NCBI GenBank assembly: GCA_963706575.1
Contig: CAVPNL010000006.1
Span: 160,001 to 224,000 of the forward strand
Origin: an uncultured delta proteobacterium
Lineage (GTDB): Bacteria; Desulfobacterota; Desulfobacteria; Desulfobacterales; JAHEIW01
DNA length: 64,000 nt
Direction of reading: 5' to 3'
Part shown: one piece after another, positions 28,901 through 39,567 of the stretch
How the letters are laid out: each line of letters opens with the position of its first letter
Position numbering within the stretch: position 1 is the stretch's first letter
Program-made: the position numbers and the translations under genes
Notes under the pieces: model-generated
The model's database searches: none
What the model was told of the DNA's origin: nothing
Seen by the model: the letters and a program-made list of their open reading frames with translations, nothing else

Positions 28901-31900
28901 AAATCCATCGCAGCCACATCCACCCCGTTGGCGACCAGATAATCCCGCGTGAGCCGGTAGATGCCTTCTTGCTCGACATAGATCTTGTATGCAAGACCCT
29001 GGGCGCCGGTGTCCGGCGACCACAGGGCATTGACGAGCACGCCCAGAGAAGACAGAACCGGTGAAATCGGATTGTTGATCAGGGGCGTGGCACCGAAGGC
29101 CAGAGCCATTTTGCCCATGGAAGCGATGCTGTCGGAAGCACTAGTGTCAATCGGCAGCTGCCAGGGAGAAGGCGCGTTATGATCGACCTGGGCCAGTGAA
29201 CCGTCAACATAGTCCACCCGTACCCGAATTTTGCGATAATGACGCAGCTCGCCGCTCACCGGGTTGAAAGCGAGCGGGTGAAACAGCACCTGTTGTTTGT
29301 TCTGACCGCGGAAGACAAACACGTCGCCCAGTTGAGCAACATCCTGCGGGTAAATCGCGTCCAGCGCGTAGGCTTGTTGATCCCATACAAAGCTTTCACC
29401 CACCGCTGCGGTACTGCCCTGATCGTCAACCACCGGCTCGGGCACCGGCAAAATCCGGTAGCCGGCAGAGATCTCGACCTCGGTCTGCTGCAGGGTGAGG
29501 GTTGCGGTTTTATCGTCCGGGATATCCAGCAAAATGCCTTTAACCGGCATTTCGGGTTTGCCCACCTCCCGGGTGTGGCCGTGGATATAGTCGGCGATGC
29601 GCAGGCGCTCGAATTCCTCGCCGCCGGCATTGACGACCTCGGTGTCAAAACTATCGGTGTCAAGCTCCAGGGTCATCCCGCTCTCGTCTTCGGCCAGAAC
29701 CTGCACCCCACGGCCCAGCTGCCGAGAACCATCAGCTTCCAAGCTTTCTCGCTTCCTGGCCTCCTGGCCATCGAGTATACCGTCGCCGTCGCTGTCGGGA
29801 TTAAAGGGATCGGTACCCAGCTCATATTCCTGCCGGTTGGTCAGCCCGTCACCGTCGGCATCGACATCGGCATCGTTGACCCAGGGATTCAGGCCGTGGG
29901 CGATTTCCCAGTCATCGGGGATCCCATCGGCATCCCAGTCCACGCAGATGGGACCGTGAAAGGTGCGTTTGCCCGAGGCATCGATGTCTTCCAGCTTGTA
30001 GTAGTAAAGCGTGCCCGGGCTGACGGCGGCGTCGATGAAGCTGTAGGATTTGCCTTTGACGGAATAGATCAAGCCGGGAATCAGGCTGTCGTTTATTTTC
30101 ACAAATGGACCCGAGGGGCTGGTGCTGCGGTACAGGTTGAATCCCAGATTGCGGATTTCCTGGGCGGTCTGCCAGTCTACCCGAACATGATTTTCTTCTC
30201 CTGTAGCGCTAAAGGAGATGAGGTCGATGGCCGTGGCCGGTGTTTCCGGCCCCAGGGTGAAAAAAGTGCTCGGATCGCTTTGGTTGTTGTATTCGCTGTT
30301 CAGCCAGGCATTGCTGCGGGCGATTGAAGAGATGCGCACCTCGTCGATGATGCCGTCAAAGGGCAGATCCGCGCCGGTGGCATTGTCGCCGATTCTGACC
30401 TGATCGCTGTTTTCAGTCAGATTGCCGGTCTGGGACGACTGCGTATCAGCCGTGTTGTTGATGCGGATGTACTTGAGCGAGGCCGAGCCGTCGTATTTGC
30501 CGGTTACCATATACCAGGTGCTGGTTGAAAAGGCGTTGCTGCCGTCAAGCGCCGAGTTGGACACATACAAGCGCGCCCGGTAGCTGCCGCCCAGCTTGTC
30601 GGTACTGAGGGTCCACACATAATTGGTTGCGCTGGATTTGTCCAGAATGGTTTGGGTATCGGCAAAGCTTTCGTAGTTGACCCAGGCCTGCAGCGTCAGC
30701 GCGCTGCCGCTCACCGACCAGGTGCCGATGTCGATGTAATCGGAGTTGCTGCCCTCAAAATCAACCCCGTTGGCGATCTGTCCGCTGGCATAGCCCTGGG
30801 TCTGACCGCCGGTGCCGTTGTGCGAACCGGTGGAATCGTTCCAGTCGTCATGCAGGTGGTAGACAGCCTCGTAACCGTTGGACCACACGCCGGGGGCGTC
30901 CTGGGTGGAAGTCGTAATGCAGTCGTTGCCGTACCACATGTAAATGTCTGTATTACTGCTGCCCGATAAGCTGGGTATCCGCACCCAGGCCACCAGAATG
31001 TCATTGGTGGTGTCGTAGACTTCAATTTCATGATCCAGCTGCGCACCCCCAAGCGATGCCCGGAAGATGATGTCGTCGCCGTCGGGATCGGTGACATCGT
31101 CTTCGATGCTTTGAAAATCGGCGCCGGTCAGCTTGATCATCACCGGAAAATCGGTTAGATCCGCTTCCACTTTTGAAGCTTGAATGGTGATCTTGCGATA
31201 TCGGTCAAAAGTGCAGTCTTCCACCGTAATGGTGGGCGTATTACTGTAGGTATCCAGCCCTTTGATGCGCAGCTGAATAGTGTCGTTGTTTAACACATCC
31301 TCGCCCTTGATCATCAGGCTGAACTCGAGCTCGACCTCGTCGCTGCCGGAAAAATCCAGCACCGTACCGCCGGCCTGGCCGTTGGTCTCATCCACACCGT
31401 CGTTGTCGGAGATAAACGTACCGGATCCCAGTTGCTGGGTGGTATCTTCAGCCTCGGTCAGATTATCGGTGGCCTTGGCCTTGATGACTGAGGATGCGCC
31501 GGTGACATCGTTCCAGGCCCCAGCGTTGTGGCTGTACTCCAGTTGAAAGGTCTTGTCCGCAGCGCTGATCCCGCCGTTTTCGCGCACCAGAAAACGCACC
31601 CGAAAATGCTCGCCGTACTTCTCGCCGTAATGCTCAGTTACCACCTGCTGAGTCCAGTTGGTGTTGGCCGCCGCTATCCAGGTAGCAGTGGTCTCGCTGC
31701 CGTCGTTGTTGCGGGCGCGAAAAGCAGCCTGAACGAATTCCAGGATACCGGTGACGGTGACGGTGGGGGTGTTGGTATAGGTGTTTAAACCCTTGACGCG
31801 CAGCTCGATGGTATCGTCATTGCTTACATCGGCGCTGCGGATCTGCAGGCAGTACTCCAGTTCCACCTCGTCGCTGCCGCTAAAGTCCAGGTTGGTGCTG

Positions 31901-33877
31901 CCGGCCAGCCCGTCAACCTCGTCAAAAGCATCGTTGTTGGCCCCCACCGGGGTTCCCGAGCCGATCTGCTGGGTGGTATCGGCGCCGTCGGCCACATTGG
32001 GCGAGGCCCAGGCGCGCACCACCGAAGATGCACCGTTGACATCGTTCCAGCCGCCGCCGTTGAGGTTGTATTCCAGCTGGAAGGTCTTGTCGTTATCACT
32101 GACGCCGGCGGTTTCCTGCACCACAAAACGCACCCGGAAATTTTCATCCACCTTCTGGGTCCAGTTGTTGTCGGCGGCGGCCTTCCAGGTGGCGGTGGTC
32201 TCGCTGCCGTTGTCGTTGCGGGCCCGAAACGCGTCCTGGTCATAAGCCGGCGGGGTGGCCAGTGCCACGGTGATTGTGGGGGTCTGGGTGTAGCTGTCCA
32301 TGTTTTTGACCCGCAGCAGAATGGTGTCGTCCGCAGACACATCCGCGCTGCGGATTTGCAGGCAGTACTCCAGCTCGACCTCGTCGCTGCCGCTAAAGTC
32401 CAGGTTGGTGCTGCCGGCCAGCCCGTCAGCCTCGTCAAAAGCATCATTGTTGGCCCCCACCGGGGTTCCCGAGCCGATCTGCTGGGTGGTGTCGGCCCCG
32501 TCGGCCACATTGGGCGAAGCCGTAGCGCGCACCACCGATGAAGACCCGTTGACATCGTTCCAGCCGCCGCCGTTGAGATTGTATTCCAGCTGAAAGGTTT
32601 TGTCAGCCGCTGCGCCGTCACCGGTTTCATGCACCACAAAGCGCACGCGGAAATTGGCGTCCACGACCTGGGTCCAGTCGACATCGGTGTCCGCTGACCA
32701 GGTGGCGGTGGTCTCGTTGCCGTCGTCGTTGCGGGCGCGGAAACTGTCCTGATCAAATTCCGGAATGCCGTTGACGGTGGCGGTCGGCGTGTTCGAATAG
32801 GCATCCAGGCTCTTGACGCGCAGCTGGATGGTGTCATCATTGGCAACATCCACGCTGCGGATCTGGACACAGTACTCGAGCTCGACCTCGTCGCTGCCGC
32901 TAAAATCCAAAGAGGCTCCTCCGGCCTGACCGTTGACCTCGTCAAAACCGGCATTGGGGGTCACAAACGTGCCGGAGCCGACTTGCTGGGTGGTGTTTGC
33001 TGCGTCGGCCACATTGGGCGAAGCCCAGGCGCGCACCACCGACGAAGCGGCGTTGACATCGTTCCAGCCGCCGCCGTTGCGGTTGTATTCCAGCTGGAAA
33101 CTCTTGTCGGTCAGCACTGATACCGGCGGTTTCCTGGACCACAAAGCGCACCCGGAAATTTTCATCGACCTTCTGAGTCCAGTTGCTGTCGGCAACGGCC
33201 TTCCAGGTCGCGGCGGTTTCGTCGCCGTCGTCGTTGCGGCCCCGGAAAGATGCCTGGCTAAATGAGGCCACAGAATAGTAAACGGTGACCTGAATCAAAT
33301 CGACCCTGACATCATTAAGACCGCCGGTGCGGTAAATTCTCAACCGAAAATTGGCATCCGAAAAGCCTGCCGCCCCCCAGGTCCAGCCCCAGTCATCGCT
33401 GGACCCGCCCAAATTGTCGGTGGCATCCGTGGTGCCGACAAAAGTGTCGGCTCTGAGCGCGCTCCAGCCGGAGCCGCCGTTTCCGGAAAGGTCAACGGCA
33501 TAGTTGACGGTCTTGTTTTTGCTGCAACTGCCTTCAACATCCACCTGGATACCATTGATCTGGGCGCCGGTCGGCACACCGAAGCCGAACGTCGAGACCA
33601 CCCCGTAATCATTGGTGGTCCCATTGGTTGCTCTCACGTCGTTGCTGGAGTTTAAGTTGGCCACCGTGAAACCGACCCAATTAGAGCCGCTGGAGACCAG
33701 GCCGGTCGCGGTTTTGGCGCCGGTGTCGGCCGCCAGGACCGGTTGAGCAAAAGTCAGCGCAATGCAAACCGGCAGCAGGCAACGCACAATCCACCCCAAA
33801 TAGGCCCACGACCCGAGCGGCCGGGCGCCGGTTTGTCTTCTGGGTGGTGCTGCGTTATGTTTGAAGGTAGATTGCAT
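25942..33877 (-). CDS. Giant secreted C25 (gingipain-like) cysteine peptidase/adhesin, ~2644 aa after removing one extra base at 33111; has an in-frame C-terminal REC domain
   Basis: Joins ORFs 32942..33877 and 25942..33195. Signal peptide (..IALTFAQPVLA), four ~170-aa repeats, DUF2341-like + LamG-like, PATAIDL..GFNLYRS Ig-like, DxDGDG Ca-binding loops, C25 propeptide-like, catalytic region (ADYILIT, YVLLVGD, IGRLPA, NYSGHGS, MSCLTG, LLFGDP), Fn3-like, GCFIAT + TM + RKK, REC. Confidence 0.85.
31222..33262 (-). repeat. Four tandem intragenic repeats of ~505-515 bp (~170 aa)
   Basis: Each begins Q(D/A)xFR(A/G)RN(D/N)xGxET and ends LDFSGSDEVELE..TPTxTV; units start near 33262, 32758, 32245, 31737. 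Confidence 0.92.
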
Positions 33878-34001
33878 GCTTTGCCTGCGAAGCTCCTTAA
33901 ATCTTCATTATCCTGACGCCGTAAATTGTTTTTTTATCGTTTAAGCCATACGGCTTTTAGCCATATCGAGCTGTCAGAATCCAAGGGTCTGAATTGTAGT
34001 T

Positions 34002-34017
34002 TGCAGGCATCGTGCCA
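34002..34017 (-). promoter_or_regulatory. Sigma-54 promoter of the giant C25 gene
   Basis: TGGCACGATGCCTGCA (GG-N10-GC), ~125 bp upstream of the start. Confidence 0.75.
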
Positions 34018-34099
34018 AACGGGGAAATTTTTTTATTTAATAATTACAGAATAGTTATTTAAGATATTAGCTAAGGCTTGACGTTAAGGCGGGCAAATT

Positions 34100-34137
34100 T
34101 GTGGATTTTGACCCAAAAGATTGTGGGAAATAACGCA
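34100..34137. promoter_or_regulatory. Candidate tandem enhancer (UAS) sites
   Basis: TGTGGATTTTGACCCA (34100) and TGTGGGAAATAACGCA (34122), 22 bp apart; same layout at 35340/35362. Confidence 0.55.
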
Positions 34138-34289
34138 AAATTGGCAGTTTTTTCCATATAAATTCAATTTGTTGGATAGATTTAAGGGTTTACGGCTACA
34201 GGGTCTAAGGCGCACGGGAAAAAAGATTGAAAATATTAAAGAGAACGGTGAAAAGGGGAATGGAGGGCGTATGAATTGATATTGTTTTA

Positions 34290-35177
34290 AGCGGTGCCAA
34301 ATATTTCGTTCGTCGATTTGACCCACGGATTCGTTTACCTCGAGCATGATGCGGCTTAACGCATCCTCATCCAGAGACCAACAATTCCATAACCATATCG
34401 ACTATCGAATCGGGCAGGCTGCCGGTGCCGTTACCATTGCCGTTCATTCGGGTTAAGTTGTCCGCGGCATAAAGGATACATGCGAGTGCGTCGTCGTGGT
34501 CCGGATTTATATGATGATGGTGCCTGATGGCGCTGGTAACTGCTCTGGGGAATTTCCAGCGCTTGCACAATTCAGCTGCGACCTCGGTATGGTCGAATCC
34601 TAAAATCTGTTTTTCGGCCTTGAAATGGGGGTCCGGGCTGTCTCCCAGAAAGTCTTTAAATGCATCATTTCTGCTGAAGATATGCTCGTCAAGAATCAAT
34701 TTGCCCACATCGTGAAAAAGCCCGGCTAAAAAGGCTTCATTGGCCAGAGACGGGCGGATTGCATCTGCGATTTTTCTGGAACCCAGGGCGGTTGACAGTG
34801 AATGCTGCCACAGTTCCCTTGGGTTCATGCTGTAGGCTTCCAGCGCTTTGCCGAAAAGCGTGGACGTACCGGCCGCCATGATAATTTCGGCGATGACGAT
34901 CAAGCCCGAGCATGAGGCTGGCTTGCCTTACGGAACAAACCTTGTTTTTGAGGCTATAATATGCCGAGTTGGCCACATTAAGGATGTTTCGCGTGATTTC
35001 CTGATCGGTTTCAATAATGTCGGAAAGTTCATCGAAACCCGAATTTGGATCTATTAACAGACGTTGCGCTTTCAACACCACCTGAGGCATGGGAAGCAAT
35101 CCGTCCAATTCTTTACAAAGCTTCTTTTTTAACGTGTTGCCATAAAGATGTTGTTTGGGCGTTGTTAGGGTTTGCAT
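34290..35177 (-). pseudogene. HDOD-domain protein interrupted by at least two frameshifts (or sequencing indels); 3' end approximate
   Basis: LPMPQV..IETDQ..ILNVANSAYY (34737..35177) continues as LWQHS..AGLFHDVGKL..GFDHTEV..WKFP..HH (34367..34903), then LDEDALSRIMLEVNESVGQI in the frame of ORF 34084..34347. Confidence 0.8.
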
Positions 35178-35236
35178 TTTCCATCACCTTGACCTGATAA
35201 AAGGCGATCTTTGTATTTATCGCTATATAAGGAAAG

Positions 35237-35252
35237 TGCAGGGTTCATGCCA
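35237..35252 (-). promoter_or_regulatory. Sigma-54 promoter of the HDOD gene
   Basis: TGGCATGAACCCTGCA; IHF-like TATCAGCATGTTG at 35282-35294. Confidence 0.72.
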
Positions 35253-35339
35253 AAAACGGATTTAAAAAAAATATACAGCAATATCAGCATGTTGTGTTGA
35301 GGCATGAATAATTGCTGGTTTGTCCGGCAAATCCTTATT

Positions 35340-35377
35340 TGAGGCATTTAACTCAATATTGTGTGGGAAAACACGCA
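35340..35377. promoter_or_regulatory. Candidate tandem enhancer (UAS) sites
   Basis: TGAGGCATTTAACTCA (35340) and TGTGGGAAAACACGCA (35362), 22 bp apart. Confidence 0.55.
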
Positions 35378-35505
35378 ATCCTATGGGCTGAAGCCCATCA
35401 TATTACGGATTTCAGATTTCGGATTGGGGATTTAACGGACGAGGAAGTGCGGTATGGAAAGCAAAAGAGAAAAGTATCTCTGCGCTCTCTGCGGTGAAAA
35501 AAATC

Positions 35506-36900
35506 TTAGGAGGCGCTTTCGAATTTCTGGCGGCGGTAGCGGAATTTGTCGCGGGTCAGGTTGAGCAACAGGGCGGCTTTGCTCTCGTTGCCGTTGGCCA
35601 GTTTGAGGGCCTCTTCAAAATAGGCTTTTTCAATGCCTTCGATGACGGCGGTAAGGTCGATTCCTGAAGCCGAAACCGGGGGAAGGTTGTGGCCATTGTC
35701 CGGCGGATTGGCGCCTCCGCCCCCATTGGAATCTTCTAAGCCTAAATCCTCCAGCATCAGTTCCGGCCCATCGGAAAGCAAAACCCCGCGCTCGATCAGG
35801 TTTTTGAGCTCGCGTACATTGCCGGGCCAGTCATATTCCTGTAAGGCTGCTTCTGCTTGCGGGGATATACTGCTGAACGATTTTTCAAATTTTTGACTGC
35901 ATTGCACCAGAAAATGTTTGGCCATGGGGATGATATCATCCCGTCGCCGGTTCAGGGACGGAACTTCCAGCTTGACTACCGCAAAGCGGTGATAAAGATC
36001 ATTTCTGAATTTACCCGCTTCCACCAACTCAGATAGGTCGCGGTTGGTGGCAGAGACGATTCTCGTTTTTACCGTCCGTTTTTGGGTCCCGCCGACCCGG
36101 TAGTACTCACCTTCGTCCAAAAACCGCAGCAATTTAACCTGGGCTTCGGCGCTGAGGTCGGCGACTTCATCCAGAAACAGGGTGCCGTCGGCCGCCTTTT
36201 CCACCAGCCCTTGTTTGCCAGAGCGTTCGGCCCCGGTAAATGCGCCTTTCTCATAGCCGAAGAGCTCGCTTTCAATCAGCTCCTGGGGCATGGCGGCACA
36301 ATTGACCGCCACCATGGGTCCTTTAAAATTGGGGCTTTTGTAATGAATGGCCTTGGCAATCAGCTCTTTTCCGGTTCCGGTTTCGCCCAAAATTAAAATG
36401 GGCGTGTCCGGGCTCTGGGCGGCTTTGTCCACCAGCTCCATGACATCCTGAATCGCGTTGCTTTCGCCGATAAAGCAGGGCAAATTTTCCTTGAGGTATT
36501 TTTCATGCAGGGTCTGAATCTCCTTGCGCATGGCAATCGTTTCAAAGGCATTGCGCAAAATGACCAGCAGCGCGTCCATCTGGACCGGTTTGACCACATA
36601 TTCATAAGCACCGTTTTTCATGGCAGACACCACCGTGTGAACATCTTCATAGGCGGTAATCATGACAACGATCACTTCAGGGTGGCGCTCTTTGATAATC
36701 TCAAGCGCTTCGACACCGCTCATGCCCGGCAGCCCGATGTCCAGCAGCACCAGGTCCGGCGCACTTTCATCAATGGCTTTAAGGGCGGACTCGGCCGTAT
36801 CAAAGGCTGCCACCTCATAATTCTTTTTTTTCAAAGCCAGCTTGAGGCCATTCCGGGCCACGGCCTCATCATCGACGATATAGATTGAGTAAGATGTCAT
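35506..36900 (-). CDS. Sigma-54-dependent response regulator (NtrC family, REC-AAA-Fis HTH)
   Basis: GETGTGKE, ESELFGYEKGAFTGA, LFLDEV, WPGNVRELKN, C-terminal HTH. Confidence 0.96.
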   Translation of the reverse strand: MTSYSIYIVDDEAVARNGLKLALKKKNYEVAAFDTAESALKAIDESAPDLVLLDIGLPGMSGVEALEIIKERHPEVIVVMITAYEDVHTVVSAMKNGAYEYVVKPVQMDALLVILRNAFETIAMRKEIQTLHEKYLKENLPCFIGESNAIQDVMELVDKAAQSPDTPILILGETGTGKELIAKAIHYKSPNFKGPMVAVNCAAMPQELIESELFGYEKGAFTGAERSGKQGLVEKAADGTLFLDEVADLSAEAQVKLLRFLDEGEYYRVGGTQKRTVKTRIVSATNRDLSELVEAGKFRNDLYHRFAVVKLEVPSLNRRRDDIIPMAKHFLVQCSQKFEKSFSSISPQAEAALQEYDWPGNVRELKNLIERGVLLSDGPELMLEDLGLEDSNGGGGANPPDNGHNLPPVSASGIDLTAVIEGIEKAYFEEALKLANGNESKAALLLNLTRDKFRYRRQKFESAS

Positions 36901-39167
36901 CGGGCATCGATCCTTCTTTCAATGGGGAGTTCAATCTTAAATTTGGCCCCGCCCCACCGGCTGGTGCCCAGTGAGATGGAGCCGTTGTGATCCGCAATGA
37001 TTCGCTGGGCGATGTTCAACCCGATACCGGAACCATCGTCTTTGGTGGTAAAAAAGGGATCAAATATTTTTTCCCTGAGCTCGGCGGGCACGCCGGGCCC
37101 GGCATCGGCAACCTGAATACAGAGGGTGTTATCTTCGGCGGAAGATTTTATTTCCACCCGTTTGTTGCCGTTGGTCGATTTTTCCATGGCCCTGGCGGCG
37201 TTGGTGATCAGGTTCAGGACCACCTGCTCGATCAGGTGGGGGTCGGCATAGCATTGCGGCAAATTGGGGGCCAGGGATTTCTCGAATTTAATTCCGTTTT
37301 TGCGCATGGTGACCGACGAAAGCTCGATGGCTTCTTCCAGGGATTTGTTAATATTGGTGCGCACCATTTTGGGTGCGCCGGGTTTGGAAAAATCCATGAC
37401 CCGCTTGATGACCGATTCAATTTTGTTGGAGGCCACCTGGATCTGGGTCAAAATCTGGCGGATGACTTCCACGTCTTGCGGGCCCAGCCGGTCGGATTCG
37501 CAGAGATCTTCAATCGTATACAGATAGGTATTGATACCGGTCAGCGGGTTGCGAATTTCATGGGCTATTCCGGCGGCCACGCGCCCCAGGGAAAGCATTT
37601 TATTTTTGATCAGCAGCTGGTGCTCAAGCTGCTTGGCTTCGGTAATATCAACGGCATTTAACAGAAAGGCCTGCCGCCCCTGATACAGGAAGCGGGTGAC
37701 GCGGCACTGGAACCACCGCATTTCGCTTTTGCCGCCGCTGCTGTCCGGGGGGTAAAAACGAAAGTCGGTTTCAACGGTACCCTGCTTGCCGTGATTGATG
37801 CATTCAAGAGCCTGTTCGACTTTCTCGATGTCGTCGGGGTGGACGTAGTCCATAAATTTCAGCAGGTTGGACTCCGTGGCAAGGCTATATATTTTTTTCT
37901 GCTCCGGATTTTCATAAACTACCCGGCCTTTCTGGATAATGGAAAGGCCCACCGGCGAATTTTCTATCAGATCGCGAAACTGCTGCTCGCTTTTGCGCAG
38001 GGCGTCTTCGGTCTGCTTCCTATCGCTGATGTCCGTCCAGGAGCCGACGACTTCAACGGATTTCGCACCATCGTCAAAGAGCAGCCGCAGTTCGTCCCGC
38101 ATCCAGCGATAGCTGCCGTTTTTATGCCGGAAACGGTACTCGAGAACATGGCTGCCCTGATCCACCAGTTTGGCAAACTCTGCTTTAACATATCCCACGT
38201 CATCGGGATGGATGTGATCGATCCAAAAATGACGGTCTTCCCTAAAATTACCGGGATCATAACCGAGCTCGTTTTTGACATTATCGCTGATGAAGGTGGT
38301 GGCGCAGTCACCGGCCGGATTACAGGAGTAGATGACCGCCGGGCTCGAGGTCAGCACATGTTGCAGTCGCTGCTTGGTCTGTTTCAATTCTTCTTCAGCC
38401 TGATGGCGGATGGTAATATCGCGGATGGTGCCGATCATTTTTTTGCGCCCGTCTGATATAAAATTTCCGGCACCAATCTCCGCCGGAAAAGTGGATCCAT
38501 CTTTCTTTTTGAGATGTCGTAATGGGATGGTATCATTGGAAAATGATCCTGAACTCAGACGTTTTATATTTTGCTGGCTTTTCTGTATTTCAGCAGAAAG
38601 ATCTAAAACAATGAGGCTTAAAAATTCTTTTTTTGAATAACCAAAAAGATGCAAGGCGGATTGATTGACATCTTCAATTTGCAAGCTTTCGGCGTCACAC
38701 ACTACCACCGCATCCGATTCACTATCAAATAATTGCCGATAGCGCGCTTCGCTCTCCCGCAGCTTTGCTTCTGCCTGTTTATTCTGGTGCTCCAGTCGTA
38801 TGCGATCCAGAGCATTGTCGATGGTATTGAGCAATTCGGTGGATTCAAAGGGTTTTCTGAGGTAATCATAAGCGCCTTTGCGCAGGGCTTTAAGCGCTGA
38901 TTCCACGCTTATCTCTCCGGTCATGACAATGACCAGAGTTGCCGGATATTCCTGACGGATGAGATCCATAACCTGATAGCCGTCGATGTCCGGCAGCCCG
39001 ATATCCTGCAGAACCAGATCCACCCGGTTTGATTCCAGGCATTGAATTGCCTGTTGACCGCCACTGGCGGTTATGAGCCTCAGATCCTTACGGCGCAACA
39101 GCCGCTTCAGATAGCTGGTAAATCCGGGATCGTCCTCTACGACCAGAATCGTATGCTGAGCAGACAT
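36897..39167 (-). CDS. Cytoplasmic hybrid histidine kinase REC-PAS-PAS-PAS-HisKA-HATPase
   Basis: N-terminal REC, HPDD PAS motifs, AGIAHEIRNPL, NLITNA, FDPFFTTK, GSGIGL; ATGA overlap with the NtrC-type gene. Confidence 0.95.
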   Translation of the reverse strand: MSAQHTILVVEDDPGFTSYLKRLLRRKDLRLITASGGQQAIQCLESNRVDLVLQDIGLPDIDGYQVMDLIRQEYPATLVIVMTGEISVESALKALRKGAYDYLRKPFESTELLNTIDNALDRIRLEHQNKQAEAKLRESEARYRQLFDSESDAVVVCDAESLQIEDVNQSALHLFGYSKKEFLSLIVLDLSAEIQKSQQNIKRLSSGSFSNDTIPLRHLKKKDGSTFPAEIGAGNFISDGRKKMIGTIRDITIRHQAEEELKQTKQRLQHVLTSSPAVIYSCNPAGDCATTFISDNVKNELGYDPGNFREDRHFWIDHIHPDDVGYVKAEFAKLVDQGSHVLEYRFRHKNGSYRWMRDELRLLFDDGAKSVEVVGSWTDISDRKQTEDALRKSEQQFRDLIENSPVGLSIIQKGRVVYENPEQKKIYSLATESNLLKFMDYVHPDDIEKVEQALECINHGKQGTVETDFRFYPPDSSGGKSEMRWFQCRVTRFLYQGRQAFLLNAVDITEAKQLEHQLLIKNKMLSLGRVAAGIAHEIRNPLTGINTYLYTIEDLCESDRLGPQDVEVIRQILTQIQVASNKIESVIKRVMDFSKPGAPKMVRTNINKSLEEAIELSSVTMRKNGIKFEKSLAPNLPQCYADPHLIEQVVLNLITNAARAMEKSTNGNKRVEIKSSAEDNTLCIQVADAGPGVPAELREKIFDPFFTTKDDGSGIGLNIAQRIIADHNGSISLGTSRWGGAKFKIELPIERRIDAR

Positions 39168-39287
39168 GAATTATTCCTGTACTTAAGATGAGCTACGAAT
39201 TTTCGTCTGTTTGGGTGGCTCAAAGGCCGGATTGCGCTGCGGCAGCAAGCCGGCAACCCTTTCGGCAGTTTTGCCGGAAAATATATT

Positions 39288-39303
39288 AGCAGGATTCATG
39301 CCA
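39288..39303 (-). promoter_or_regulatory. Sigma-54 promoter of the kinase/regulator operon
   Basis: TGGCATGAATCCTGCT; IHF-like TAACAAACAGTTG at 39331-39343. Confidence 0.7.
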
Positions 39304-39492
39304 ACTGAGAATCTGAGAATTTATCCAAGATAACAAACAGTTGAGTGGAAACCCGCTTAAGGCTGTAAGGCGTTGAATAGGCAAATTCTTCCTGAATCAT
39401 CAATCAAAATCGCCAAAAAAATGAAATTTTAGCTGAAAAAAGCTGACTTGCATGCGTATGAAAATGGGGTGACTTGAATTTGCCATTTATTC

Positions 39493-39521
39493 TTGACAGA
39501 AATCAGCAAGTTGTTTATACG
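39493..39521 (+). promoter_or_regulatory. Candidate sigma-70 promoter of dsrTMKJOP
   Basis: TTGACA-N17-TATACG. Confidence 0.45.
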
Positions 39522-39567
39522 TATCCACTTCGGCCTAATCTTCAATAATTTGAGCAGATTTGCTGAC

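Noticed and set aside
29239..32954. Long alternative ORFs 29239..30327 (+) and 31824..32954 (-)
   Set aside because: Shadow frames of the GC-rich C25 gene with no recognisable motifs
31222..33262. Long direct repeats as a CRISPR array or DGR template/variable pair
   Set aside because: They are ~510-bp in-frame protein domain repeats with no spacers, no adenine-specific variation and no reverse transcriptase nearby
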